Counted from the stretch's first letter, positions 17,978 through 27,694 are shown. The stretch is DNA of 32,000 nucleotides from Psychrobacter sp. HD31 (GCF_051097895.1 NZ_CP142525.1:450001-482000); one strand, 5' to 3'. Numbers and translations: made by a program. Notes: a model not told the origin generated them from the letters alone.

Positions 17978-19546
17978 TTAATGACGGAAATGACGCATAC
18001 CGGTAAATACCATGGCAATACCATGCTCATCAGCAGCGGCAATGACTTCGTCATCACGGATTGAACCACCTGGTTGGATAACAGCAGCAATACCGACTGC
18101 AGCGGCATTGTCTATCCCATCACGGAAGGGGAAGAAAGCATCTGATGCCATGATGGCACCTTTTGGTGTTAAACCTGCATGCTCTGCTTTAATACCAGCA
18201 ATACGTGCTGAATTAACACGGCTCATTTGTCCGGCACCAATACCAATGGTGCGTTTATCTTTACCATAAATAATGGCGTTAGACTTAACGTATTGGCATA
18301 CTCTCCAACTAAACAACATGTCTTCTAGTTGTTCAGGTGTTGGTTTAACTTTGGTTACTACTTTTAAGTCTTCAATGCTAATGTCATCTAAGTCTTGATC
18401 TTGAACCAGCATGCCACCTTGCACACGTTTGTAGTCTAGCTGACCTTTACGCTCGCTTGGTGTTGGTAGTTCACCACAAGTGAGTAGGCGTAGGTTTTTC
18501 TTAGAGGCAATGATTTCTGTTACACCATCTTCAATACTAGGTGCAATGATAACTTCTGCAAATTGGTTGGCAACAATGGTTTCGGCAGTTTCTTTTGTAA
18601 GCATGCGGTTAAAGGCAATAATACCACCAAATGAAGACTCTGGATCAGTGCTAAATGCAGTTGTGTAAGCTGCTTTTTGGTTGTCATTAATAGCAACCCC
18701 ACATGGGTTGGCGTGTTTAACAATCACACAAGCTGGGTCTGCAAATGATTTTACACACTCTAATGCGGCATCTGTATCGGCAATGTTATTGTATGACAGT
18801 GCTTTACCTTGCAGTTGTTTGGCAGTAGAGATACTGGCTTCTTGAATATCTGTTTGGGTATAAAAAGCAGCATTTTGATGAGGGTTCTCACCATAACGTA
18901 GTGACTGCTTGTGTTGCATCTGTACATTAAAGGTATTTGGAAACGCCTGAGTTTTTTCACCTTCGTTATTACGTGCACCTAAAAAGTTAGCAATCATGCC
19001 GTCATAGCGTGCTGTATGTTCAAATGCTTTTACTGCAAGTTGGTATTTTGTGGCGGTAGTTAACGATCCATTAGCGTTAATCTCTTCAATTAATTTAGGA
19101 TAATCATTGCTATCTGTCACAATACCGACGTGTGCATGATTTTTTGCTGCCGAACGAACCATGGTAGGGCCACCAATATCGATGTTTTCGATAGCATCTT
19201 CCATAGTTACATTTGGATTTGCAATTGTTTGGGCAAATGGGTATAGGTTAACAACCACTAAATCAATAGCACCAATGCCATGCTCTTGCATGACTTCATC
19301 ATCAATACCACGACGCGCCAAGATACCACCATGAATTTTAGGGTGTAATGTTTTTACACGCCCTGCCATCATTTCAGGGAACTCAGTATAGGCAGATACT
19401 TCAGTAACGGGAACCTGATTTTCTTGTAGCAATTTATAAGTGCCACCAGTAGAAAGCAAAGTATAATCAGCTTTTACAAGCGATGCTGCAAATTCAACAA
19501 TGTTTGTTTTATCAGAAACTGATAAAAGGGCATAGCGGGTAGTCAT
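17978..19546 (-). CDS. purH: bifunctional AICAR formyltransferase / IMP cyclohydrolase
   Basis: 522 aa. N-terminal MGS-like domain ([14 protein letters not shown]......LLSTGGT), [13 protein letters not shown]-terminal AICARFT domain ending FTGMRHFRH. Confidence 0.97.
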   Translation of the reverse strand: MTTRYALLSVSDKTNIVEFAASLVKADYTLLSTGGTYKLLQENQVPVTEVSAYTEFPEMMAGRVKTLHPKIHGGILARRGIDDEVMQEHGIGAIDLVVVNLYPFAQTIANPNVTMEDAIENIDIGGPTMVRSAAKNHAHVGIVTDSNDYPKLIEEINANGSLTTATKYQLAVKAFEHTARYDGMIANFLGARNNEGEKTQAFPNTFNVQMQHKQSLRYGENPHQNAAFYTQTDIQEASISTAKQLQGKALSYNNIADTDAALECVKSFADPACVIVKHANPCGVAINDNQKAAYTTAFSTDPESSFGGIIAFNRMLTKETAETIVANQFAEVIIAPSIEDGVTEIIASKKNLRLLTCGELPTPSERKGQLDYKRVQGGMLVQDQDLDDISIEDLKVVTKVKPTPEQLEDMLFSWRVCQYVKSNAIIYGKDKRTIGIGAGQMSRVNSARIAGIKAEHAGLTPKGAIMASDAFFPFRDGIDNAAAVGIAAVIQPGGSIRDDEVIAAADEHGIAMVFTGMRHFRH

Positions 19547-19641
19547 TAAGTGCTCCTAATAAGTTAATGTTTGGTTTGTTGCAAATTAAAAGGTTGCTGT
19601 AAATAGTTAAGTAGAACTTTTTTAACTATCATTTAAAAAGT

Positions 19642-19929
19642 TTAAAGCATGTCATACGCTGCCATTTTTTTTCGTAAGGTACCACGGCTTAATCCAAGAA
19701 CTTCGGCACTCTTACTCTGGTTGCCTCTTGTAACCTCCAAAACCACTTTTAGCATCGGCTTTTCGATTTCTTTAATTACAAGGTTGTACAAATCTTTTGG
19801 CAGCTCATCTTGTAATTCGGCAAAGTAATGACGGATTGTATTTTCTATATAAATAGATAAGGGAGTATGAGTTACTTTACCTTGTACTGTGGTTGGGTTA
19901 GGGCGATTTGAACTGTGTGTCGTGGTCAT
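19642..19929 (-). CDS. fis: DNA-binding protein Fis
   Basis: 95 aa. The C-terminal HTH TRGNQSKSAEVLGLSRGTLRKKMAAYDML closely parallels E. coli Fis ([29 protein letters not shown]). The gene lies upstream of purH. Confidence 0.9.
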   Translation of the reverse strand: MTTTHSSNRPNPTTVQGKVTHTPLSIYIENTIRHYFAELQDELPKDLYNLVIKEIEKPMLKVVLEVTRGNQSKSAEVLGLSRGTLRKKMAAYDML

Positions 19930-19993
19930 AATTTATCCCAATAAAAAGATGAAAAAACGATATAAACAATATTAAAAGAACATAATCAAAAAA

Positions 19994-20908
19994 CTATCGG
20001 CGTTGACCAGATAGTCGCTGCCAATGGCTGTCATCTTGTTTGACATAGGCATGTGCGGGTTCTAATGAGAAAAACTCATTATAAACAGCGTTTACTTCTG
20101 ATAATTGCGACTCTATTAACCCTGATAAAACTATTTTACCGTCTTGTTTTATCAAAGTAGCAAAATATGGACAAAGTGATATGAGTGGTTTTGCTAATAT
20201 ATTAGCGGTTATGATATCGGCAGGTAATATATTTTCATTTTGCTCACAAAAGTCAGTAAATGCTTCTGGTAAAAAGGCTTGTAGCTTATCTGCTACCTGA
20301 TTTCTATCGGCATTTTGATTGGTTGCAATCACTGCTTGAGGATCAATATCGACAGAATAGACTTGTTTTGCCCCTAACAACAAGGCTGCAATGCCTAAAA
20401 TACCTGAACCACAACCATAATCAATAATGGTTTTGCCTGTTAAATCTTGCTCGGTTAACCAGTCTAAACAAAGGCGAGTTGTGGCATGATAGCCTGTACC
20501 GAACGCTAAACCAGGATCCATAATAATGTTGGTTGCATCAGGCTTAGGTGGTGTAATCCAATTTGGTACAATCCAAAGGTTATTAGCACATTCGATTGGA
20601 TGATAATTTTTCATCCATTCTCGTTCCCAATTTTTGTCTTCAACTTCAGATAGCCAAACACGGCTTGCGTCTACCTGTGCTGCAATTTGGTGTGCCACTT
20701 CTTCAAAATTAATATCTAAGCTTGCATCAAATATGGCCGTTATAATCACGTCATCCCAAAGTGGCGACTCACCAGGCATAGGTTCAAAAAGAGGTTGGTC
20801 ACCGGCATCTTCCATCACAATGGATAATGCTTGAGCCTCCATTAAAAAAGTTTCTGCCATTTCTACTTGAGAGTTAGCACATTGTAAGTGTATTTGTTGC
20901 CAAGCCAT
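19994..20908 (-). CDS. prmA: ribosomal protein L11 methyltransferase
   Basis: 304 aa. MAWQQIHL start, DPGLAFGTG.H.TT..CL.WL, and SAM motif DYGCGSGILGIAA. Confidence 0.9.
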   Translation of the reverse strand: MAWQQIHLQCANSQVEMAETFLMEAQALSIVMEDAGDQPLFEPMPGESPLWDDVIITAIFDASLDINFEEVAHQIAAQVDASRVWLSEVEDKNWEREWMKNYHPIECANNLWIVPNWITPPKPDATNIIMDPGLAFGTGYHATTRLCLDWLTEQDLTGKTIIDYGCGSGILGIAALLLGAKQVYSVDIDPQAVIATNQNADRNQVADKLQAFLPEAFTDFCEQNENILPADIITANILAKPLISLCPYFATLIKQDGKIVLSGLIESQLSEVNAVYNEFFSLEPAHAYVKQDDSHWQRLSGQRR

Positions 20909-20948
20909 TTAGTATCCTAAATAATTTATTAAAGTGAATAGTTGTTTG

Positions 20949-21758
20949 TTAGCGTAAAGCACGCTGCGCTTCTTTTATCTTTTGGATATCATTACGCATT
21001 TGTGCAGAGTGTAAAATAATCTTCCATAAAGACTGTCTAACTTCAGTTTTTTTTGCAACGGTTAAACCACGTCTTGCCATTGCTTCTGCCTTTACTGCCT
21101 CTCCGCGTTTGATTGCAATTTGACCTAAATAAAAATAAGCCGCCGCTGTTTGAGGGGATAGCCGTTGCGCATGAGTAAAGCTGGCTTCTGCATTGGCGAG
21201 TTGCCCAGACTTTAATTGCTGTATTCCTGTTGCCATTAAGTTACGATAAGCGGGTATGTCTTTTACAGATCCAACTGAATTTGTGCTGGTTAGTACATTG
21301 GTATTGCTATTTGTTTTTGCCCGTTTTAGTAGGGCTTCTTCAATCCGCTGTTGTTTTTGTTGAGGTGTTTCTGTTATGACGGATGGTAAGGTGTGTGATG
21401 GCTTACTAGGTGTTATCTCAACGGTTGATGGCTTAGGCTTATTTGCTGAATGAATTTTTTGTGTATTTTGATATGCTTTTGGTAAAGGCTGGTTTACGGG
21501 TATTTGTGGGTTAGTTGGCTGATTATGAACTGGCAGGTTGATTTTTGGGTGTTTATTTGGCTGTCTAACAGTTGCTTGCTGGTGGTTATCATTAGGTTGA
21601 TATGGCTGCAACTGTGGTTGTGACTGTGTTGTTGTTTGAGGTACAGCTTGACAAGCAATTAAACTAGATGAAATTGCAATACCAGAAAACAGCCTAATTA
21701 AATGTTTATTTTTTACTGGGTTAATACGGTTTTTTGCATAAAAACAGTGGTTTTGCAT
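20949..21758 (-). CDS. outer-membrane-type lipoprotein with long Pro/Gln-rich disordered linker and C-terminal TPR domain (LpoP-like candidate PBP1b activator)
   Basis: Lipobox LIAC (Cys36, +2 = Gln). About 110 aa of P/Q/N/T-rich low complexity follow. The C-terminus has TPR-like repeats (AEASFTHAQRLSPQTAAAYFYLGQIAIKRGEAVKAEAMARRGL). It lies immediately downstream of mrcB on the same strand, with its own TATAAT box. Confidence 0.55.
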   Translation of the reverse strand: MQNHCFYAKNRINPVKNKHLIRLFSGIAISSSLIACQAVPQTTTQSQPQLQPYQPNDNHQQATVRQPNKHPKINLPVHNQPTNPQIPVNQPLPKAYQNTQKIHSANKPKPSTVEITPSKPSHTLPSVITETPQQKQQRIEEALLKRAKTNSNTNVLTSTNSVGSVKDIPAYRNLMATGIQQLKSGQLANAEASFTHAQRLSPQTAAAYFYLGQIAIKRGEAVKAEAMARRGLTVAKKTEVRQSLWKIILHSAQMRNDIQKIKEAQRALR

Positions 21759-21839
21759 TTTAAATTAAAACCTGTAAAGAAAGAAATAACTAACAAGCTT
21801 GATTATACATGATTTTTAGCAAGTGTTTATATTATGCAC

Positions 21840-21877
21840 AAAAAAAGTCTGCATAAATTGGTTATACAGACTGTTTT
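21840..21877 (-). terminator. weak terminator-like hairpin after mrcB
   Basis: On the minus strand: AGTCTG, a 15-nt loop, CAGACT, then a T6-7 run (plus-strand A-run 21840-21846). The stem is only 6 bp. Confidence 0.3.
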
Positions 21878-21895
21878 GTTAAAAAACGTTAAAAG

Positions 21896-24385
21896 TTAAA
21901 ACCATTCCAATGCTTTATCATACCAAGTTGGTTGATTAGAGTTTTGTGACGGTCTCTGATCTTCTGGACTATTAGCATCATTAGGGTCAAACTGTTTTAG
22001 GCTACTATCGTCATTTGGCTCAAATTGGGTTAAGCCTTCATGTTCTCTTTGTTGTTGAATAGCCTCATTTTGCTGTGCTTCGTTATATTCACGTTGTTGC
22101 TTTTGCAAGATTTCTTGTTCATATACGCCAAGCGCACAGCTGCTTGCTTCTTTTGGTACTGTTTTGGTTATGATAGGCATATATCTTGCATTGGTGCAAA
22201 GCTCATTTGATAAAGTGCCTTCACCATTTTCTAGCCACATCCATTCAATGTTATCAGGTTGCGGTAATGAAACAGGTGTTAAGTTTAGACGGCGCATATA
22301 ATCAACCCAAATAGGCAATGCACCAGAGCTACCGCTTAGTCCAATTGATTTGTTATCATCACGACCAACCCATACAACACTCACATAGTTGCCACTATAG
22401 CCTGCAAACCAAGCGTCTTTATAATCGTTGGTTGTGCCAGTTTTACCTGCTAAGTTTAGGTGCTTACCAAGTGATAACGCTTTTTTAGCGGTGCCTTGTT
22501 TAACGACTTGTTGCATAGCATAGTTGGTTAGGTAGTTTGCATCGGTGGGTACGCTTTGCCTGGTTTCAAAGGCAACACGTTGTAACACATTGCCTTTATC
22601 ATCAATAACCGAACGGATACTATGGATTGGCGTTCTAAAACCACCGGTTGCAAATACCTGATAAACACCCAGCATATCCATAGGTGTTAAGGCAACTGAA
22701 CCAAGTAAAACCGAAGGGTAAGGCTCGATGTTTTGTGTAACGCCCATATTTTTAAGCTGCTTAATAAAGGTATCGACACCAAACTCCATACCCAAGCGAA
22801 CGGCCGCTTGGTTGTATGATTTTGCTAACGCATTGGTTAAGCCAATATATCCGTGCTCTCTGCCATCGTAGTTTTGTGGTGTCCATTGAGTGCCATCTAC
22901 GGTTAACGTAATTGGACTGTCCTCAACAGGGCTAGCGAGCGTATAACGTTTACTTTGTAGTGCAGTTAAGTAAATAACTGGCTTTAATAATGAGCCAACT
23001 TGGCGTTTGGCATCGACTGCACGGTTAAAACCAGTAAAATTACTACCACTACCAACCACAGCAGCAAGTTCCCCTGTTTCTGGATTGGCACTGACTAAGG
23101 CAGATTCTAATTGACGACTGCTTACTCTGCGTAGACCATTAAGCTTATTTGCAATGGCTTTATCAGCTGCCATTTGGGCAATAGGATCGATGGTACTAAT
23201 GATTCGTAAGCCTTCATTTTTAAGGTCTTCTTCGTCATAAAACTCATTCAACTCGCGTTTAACAATGTCTAAAAAATCAGGGAAACGACTTTTACCAACG
23301 CTTGCTTTTTTTACCACGCCTAATGGTTGTTTAATGGCTTTTTCATAATCGGCTTGAGATAACTTGCCAGTGACCAGCATATTATTTAGTACGACATTAC
23401 GACGTTCTTTAGCACGCTCTGGGTGTCTTCTTGGATTATAATAACTCGGTCCTTTTGCTAAGCCAACCAACATGGCTTGTTGGTCAACTCTTAACTCTTT
23501 TAATGGTCGATTAAAATAAAATTGCGAAGCTAATCCAAAACCATTAATAGAACGATTGCCATTTTGTCCCAAGTTTATCTCATTCATATAAGCTTGTAGA
23601 ATTTGATTTTTATCGTAGTGAACTTCTAACAAAACCGCCATAACTGCTTCGTTTGCCTTACGTTTAAGGCTACGCTCTGAGTTAAGATAAAAGTTTTTAA
23701 TCAACTGTTGGGTTAAGGTAGAGCCACCTTGCATGGATTTGCCAGAAAAGTTATTAATGACAGCACGGGCAATACCTCTAAATGAGATGCCTTTATGGCT
23801 ATAAAAGTTTCTATCTTCTGTTGCTATTAGCGCATCTACTAGTGGTTGAGGTGTATCTTTTAATGAAACAACCGCTCGGTCTTCATTATTGTCTGGATAA
23901 ATCCCCCCAATGTTGATGGGTTCAAGTCTTATAATACCCGTTTTACTTTGCTGTGTACTTTGTACGCTATTAACTCTGCCATTGTTAATGTTAACTTTAA
24001 TAACTTGTTCATTTTCTATATCATCATTGCCGTAGCTAAAGCCACGGGTATGAATGTAATAAGTGCTGTTTGCCTTGTGGAAGCTACCAGTTGTGTTGTA
24101 TTTGCTATTTGAGCGATAGTTAAGCAAGCTTAACCATTTGTCGAGTGTAACGGTATCAACACTTGCACCTTGATAAAGCTCCAGAGGTTTTGAATATACT
24201 TTTGCAGGTATATTCCAGCGTTTACCTTCAAATTTGTTAACCACTGTGCGGTCAAGCTGCATCACATATAATGTGAACATGACCATAGCGGCAATCAGCA
24301 CAAGTAAAAACAAAAAGCTTAAAACAAATCCATGCTGTTTGTTGCTTGCGGAGTGATTTTGATTAATATGTTGTTGCTTTGACAC
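21896..24385 (-). CDS. mrcB: penicillin-binding protein 1B (bifunctional glycosyltransferase/transpeptidase)
   Basis: 829 aa. N-terminal TM anchor, UB2H-like segment before the GT51 domain (ATEDRNFYSHKGISFRGIARA, GGSTLTQQL, RK..E). Transpeptidase motifs SLLK (SxxK), SYN (SxN) and KTGTT. Gln-rich C-terminal tail. Confidence 0.93.
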   Translation of the reverse strand: MSKQQHINQNHSASNKQHGFVLSFLFLLVLIAAMVMFTLYVMQLDRTVVNKFEGKRWNIPAKVYSKPLELYQGASVDTVTLDKWLSLLNYRSNSKYNTTGSFHKANSTYYIHTRGFSYGNDDIENEQVIKVNINNGRVNSVQSTQQSKTGIIRLEPINIGGIYPDNNEDRAVVSLKDTPQPLVDALIATEDRNFYSHKGISFRGIARAVINNFSGKSMQGGSTLTQQLIKNFYLNSERSLKRKANEAVMAVLLEVHYDKNQILQAYMNEINLGQNGNRSINGFGLASQFYFNRPLKELRVDQQAMLVGLAKGPSYYNPRRHPERAKERRNVVLNNMLVTGKLSQADYEKAIKQPLGVVKKASVGKSRFPDFLDIVKRELNEFYDEEDLKNEGLRIISTIDPIAQMAADKAIANKLNGLRRVSSRQLESALVSANPETGELAAVVGSGSNFTGFNRAVDAKRQVGSLLKPVIYLTALQSKRYTLASPVEDSPITLTVDGTQWTPQNYDGREHGYIGLTNALAKSYNQAAVRLGMEFGVDTFIKQLKNMGVTQNIEPYPSVLLGSVALTPMDMLGVYQVFATGGFRTPIHSIRSVIDDKGNVLQRVAFETRQSVPTDANYLTNYAMQQVVKQGTAKKALSLGKHLNLAGKTGTTNDYKDAWFAGYSGNYVSVVWVGRDDNKSIGLSGSSGALPIWVDYMRRLNLTPVSLPQPDNIEWMWLENGEGTLSNELCTNARYMPIITKTVPKEASSCALGVYEQEILQKQQREYNEAQQNEAIQQQREHEGLTQFEPNDDSSLKQFDPNDANSPEDQRPSQNSNQPTWYDKALEWF

Positions 24386-24502
24386 TATTAAATTACCATC
24401 TAAAATTTATTCCATTATAGCTAATTATTGAGTGGTAATCAGTTTTTTAACGATGCCAATTGTGAAATTTGTATGGATAAATCTTAATGAGTAAGCTTTT
24501 TG

Positions 24503-24537
24503 AAACAAAAAACCACTTAGCAATAGCAAAGTGGTTT
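24503..24537 (-). terminator. rho-independent terminator of the BI-1/YccA-like gene
   Basis: On the minus strand: AAACCACTT, a 10-nt loop, AAGTGGTTT, followed by TTTTGTTTC. On the plus strand the arms are 24510-24518 and 24529-24537. Confidence 0.6.
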
Positions 24538-24566
24538 AATAAAAAATGATGAAGTGATCGGGTCGG

Positions 24567-25289
24567 TTACTCTTGTAAATAGCTTAGCAAACGAACAAAT
24601 TCGATATACATCCAAACCAATGTGGCTAAAATGCCCACACTATAAACCCATTCATAGTCGCTAGATATGCCCATGGCTACGCCACGTTCTACATTATCAA
24701 AATCAAGCAATAAACTAAATGACGCAATTAAAATAACAAATATACTAAAGCCAATGGCAATCATGCCACCGTCAAATAAGTACGGGATGCTAGAGCCAAA
24801 CCCCAAACGCATAACCCATTGGATAACGTACAAAATCAAAATGGCAAAAATTGCAGAGGTTAAAATAGAACGGAATTTTTCAGTTACTTTAATAACACCC
24901 GAACGATATAAACCTAGCATGATTGCTGCGGTTACAAAGGTTGCTGATAGGGCAGTAAGCGGAATACTTGGCGCATAGCGCATTGCGATTAACGAAACAC
25001 TACCTAAAAATAAGCCTTCTAACAAGGCATAAGGTACAGCCAAGGTTTTTGCCATTTGTGGTTTAAAGGTTAAAAAAAGCCCCAAACCAAAGGCAGCAAA
25101 CATACTACCAAGGGCCAGCATGTATACAAAACTAGCGCTTAAGCCTGACATTAAAGCATAAAAAAACAAACCAATGCCTGAAAGGGTAGAGAGTGCAAGC
25201 ATAAATCCTGTTTTACGAACGACGCCTTTAACCGTCATGGCTTTTTGACCAACTGCCAGTTCAGTACGGCTGATAATAGGGTTTGCCAT
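24567..25289 (-). CDS. Bax inhibitor-1/YccA-like integral membrane protein
   Basis: 240 aa with about 7 TM helices. The N-terminal MANPIISRT motif and the C-terminal helix with charged end (YIEFVRLLSYLQE) resemble the BaxI_1/BI-1-like families. The assignment is by pattern recognition only. Confidence 0.55.
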   Translation of the reverse strand: MANPIISRTELAVGQKAMTVKGVVRKTGFMLALSTLSGIGLFFYALMSGLSASFVYMLALGSMFAAFGLGLFLTFKPQMAKTLAVPYALLEGLFLGSVSLIAMRYAPSIPLTALSATFVTAAIMLGLYRSGVIKVTEKFRSILTSAIFAILILYVIQWVMRLGFGSSIPYLFDGGMIAIGFSIFVILIASFSLLLDFDNVERGVAMGISSDYEWVYSVGILATLVWMYIEFVRLLSYLQE

Positions 25290-25515
25290 AAAAGTATCCT
25301 TTTTTTTGAATAAGTGATTTTAAATCAATTTACCTACTTAATGTGGGTAAGGTGTTATTAATTCAAGTTTCTTCATTGTATGAGTTTGTGAGATAAAACA
25401 AAACAATTATTTTGTAAAATCTTACAGCTAAAAAAGACGGTAAATGTTATTATACAAATAATAAGTAGACATCCTTTGTCACTGTTTTATTATAGCTAAT
25501 AAAGCTTTTTAACCG

Positions 25516-26493
25516 ATGTCAAAAAGTGCTAAGCAGTTATTAATCATGAAGAAATTACAAGACAATATCAGTGCGCCAGCCTTTAAAAAAGTTGGCTTAA
25601 TGGGTAGAGCTGGCAAAAAGAGTGTTACTAAAACGCTAGTTTATATTGCCAAAATTTTACAAAAAGAGTTTTCTTTATCGGTTGTGTTAGATGAAGACAC
25701 GGCACATTTACCAACACTAACACTTAATCAACTACCTAATGTTGAAGTTGTGCCAAGAAACACAATTGGTGAACATTGTGATTTAGCGATTGTGGTTGGG
25801 GGAGATGGTTCCATGTTGCATGCTGCAAGTGTGCTGGCACAACATGGCGTGCCTGTATTGGGAGTAAACCGTGGGCGCTTGGGTTTTTTGGCAGATGTTA
25901 ACCCAAATGAGATATATGAAAAGCTAAAGCATGTTATGCTTGGGGATTACCAGCTTGACCATCGGTTTTTGTTGTCAATGGAAATAAGAGAAGGTCATCA
26001 AATAGTCCATAAAGGTATGGCATTAAATGATATTGTATTGCATGCTGGTAAGTCGGTACATATGTTAGATTTTCAAATGCAAATTGATGGACAGCCAGTT
26101 TATCGTCAACATAGCGATGGTTTAATTGCGGCAACACCAACGGGTTCTACGGCGTATTCACTCTCTGGTGGCGGTCCTATTGTGCATCCTAGTTTAGATG
26201 CCATTTGTTTAGTACCCATGCATCCACATACCTTATCGAGTCGACCAATTGTGGTAAGTGGCAGTAGTGAAATTAAAATAGATCTTCATGAAGATAACCG
26301 TACTCAGCCGATGGTAAGTGCAGATGGCACAACAAGCATCCCTATTGAGAAAAATCAATGCCTTTATATTCGTAAACATCCCGATAAATTAACGTTATTA
26401 CACCCACCAGGCTTTGATTTTTATAAAGCGTGCCGTACCAAATTAAACTGGAATGCTTATGCAGAAGAGTTTGGTCTAGATATTGATGATTAA
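25516..26493 (+). CDS. nadK: NAD(+) kinase
   Basis: 325 aa. VVGGDGSMLHAA (GGDG motif), NRGRLGFLAD, ATPTGSTAYSLSGGGPIVHP. The N-terminus is about 30 aa longer than E. coli NadK. An alternative start at Met11 (25546) is possible, and neither start has a clear SD. Confidence 0.92.
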   Translation: MSKSAKQLLIMKKLQDNISAPAFKKVGLMGRAGKKSVTKTLVYIAKILQKEFSLSVVLDEDTAHLPTLTLNQLPNVEVVPRNTIGEHCDLAIVVGGDGSMLHAASVLAQHGVPVLGVNRGRLGFLADVNPNEIYEKLKHVMLGDYQLDHRFLLSMEIREGHQIVHKGMALNDIVLHAGKSVHMLDFQMQIDGQPVYRQHSDGLIAATPTGSTAYSLSGGGPIVHPSLDAICLVPMHPHTLSSRPIVVSGSSEIKIDLHEDNRTQPMVSADGTTSIPIEKNQCLYIRKHPDKLTLLHPPGFDFYKACRTKLNWNAYAEEFGLDIDD

Positions 26494-26556
26494 TCAAAAC
26501 AGTTTAGACCTTCAATATGCGTATTTACTTAACAAGTATTGATGTAGGAGAATGCA

Positions 26557-26862
26557 ATGGATAAACAAGTAATTTTAGAGTCATTAACCCCAGAAATTGT
26601 TGAAAAGTTTAGAACAGCAATTGAAATTGGTAAATGGGCAGATGGGCGCAAATTAACATCAGAACAATTACAAACATGTATGCAAGCAGTGATGGTGTGG
26701 GAGCATGAACATCTAGCGGTTGAAGAAAGAACTGGTTTTATCAATAAACCAGTTAAAAAAGACGGTACAGTAGTAGGGGAAGCCTGTGATGTTGAGCATG
26801 AACACCATTATCCAAACAATCCAAACCCAACTGTAAAACCAGTTAACTTTAAAAATAAGTAA
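26557..26862 (+). CDS. DUF1315 / YeaC-like protein
   Basis: 101 aa. L.PEI.E.FRTAIEIGKWADGRKLT.EQ...CMQAVM.WEHEH matches my recollection of the YeaC family signature. A strong SD (TAGGAGAA) lies upstream. Confidence 0.6.
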   Translation: MDKQVILESLTPEIVEKFRTAIEIGKWADGRKLTSEQLQTCMQAVMVWEHEHLAVEERTGFINKPVKKDGTVVGEACDVEHEHHYPNNPNPTVKPVNFKNK

Positions 26863-26890
26863 AAATTAACCTATGCAAATAACTTATAAG

Positions 26891-26919
26891 AAAAACGGTG
26901 CTTAAAAGCACCGTTTTTT
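26891..26919. terminator. bidirectional rho-independent terminator between the yeaC-like and HopJ-family genes
   Basis: AAAAACGGTGCTT / AAGCACCGTTTTT. The core is a 9-bp stem (26895-26903 with 26906-26914). A5 lies on the 5' side and T6 on the 3' side. Confidence 0.8.
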
Positions 26920-26940
26920 ATTTAAATATCGTGTATCTAT

Positions 26941-27297
26941 CTAGTTAAGTTTTTTCTTTGTTAGAGGGTTTGTTGACATCTTAATACCCTCCCATCCAAA
27001 TTCTATAAAATTACGGATATTATCATGGTCAGTATCAGTTGGTGTTGCAACAACTTTTTTATAATGCTCAGCAAAAAGTGTTAAAGTCTCAGCTTTATTT
27101 AGGCCGTGAGATTTTGCTAATGCAAACACTTTGGCACTGCCGTTGTTTTCACCCAACTCATTTGTTTTATTGCCATTTACAAAGCTGATAGGGGTAAAGT
27201 CATATGATGTATCAACAAATGTAATGACATCATTAAAAATAGCGGTATCATTTTTTAAGGCAGCCAAAAGTTCTGTAATGCTGCTATAAGAATTCAT
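26941..27297 (-). CDS. HopJ-family protein (PF08888-like), function unknown
   Basis: 118 aa. F.DVI.F.D..Y.FTP..F.NG...N..G.N.GS.KVFA.A...GL....TL..F.EHY..V...P...DH.NIRNF...GW.GI matches the HopJ type III effector family pattern as I remember it. Confidence 0.6.
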   Translation of the reverse strand: MNSYSSITELLAALKNDTAIFNDVITFVDTSYDFTPISFVNGNKTNELGENNGSAKVFALAKSHGLNKAETLTLFAEHYKKVVATPTDTDHDNIRNFIEFGWEGIKMSTNPLTKKKLN

Positions 27298-27360
27298 AAT
27301 TTTTAAAACCTAGGGTTATTTAAATAAGTTTGCTTATCTTAAAACTAAATAAGCATAAAA

Positions 27361-27615
27361 TTAGCGATTAAAGTAATCATCGTCTTCAAAACTATTAAAT
27401 GAGTTGTTGAAGTTTTGTTCCTCTAAATGCTGCATGTGATTTTGCATAGAACGCTCGTGTTGGATTCTTTGGTAAATCTCTTCACGGTGTACAGCAATAT
27501 CTTTAGGTGCATTAACACCTAATCTCACTTGGTTGCCTTTTACCCCTAAAACTCTGACACTTACTTCATCACCAATCATAAGCGTTTCGCCAACACGGCG
27601 AGTTAAAATTAACAT
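27361..27615 (-). CDS. csrA: carbon storage regulator CsrA with C-terminal extension
   Basis: [52 protein letters not shown] is near-identical to E. coli CsrA, which is 61 aa. This ORF is 84 aa, with an extra acidic/aromatic tail ending ...FEDDDYFNR. The SD AAGGAG lies upstream. Confidence 0.95.
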   Translation of the reverse strand: MLILTRRVGETLMIGDEVSVRVLGVKGNQVRLGVNAPKDIAVHREEIYQRIQHERSMQNHMQHLEEQNFNNSFNSFEDDDYFNR

Positions 27616-27694
27616 GCGTCAAGCTCCTTATGTCGCAAAATACAACAATAATAAATTAAACATGATTTTACCAATTTAACATATCGCCCAATAT

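Noticed and set aside
26941-27297. A HopJ 'type III effector' family gene as a hint of a secretion system or virulence island.
   Set aside because: No T3SS genes, chaperone or mobility genes are nearby, and the gene is flanked by core genes (yeaC-like, csrA). The HopJ family is widespread in non-pathogens and the name is historical. I treat it as a conserved protein of unknown function.
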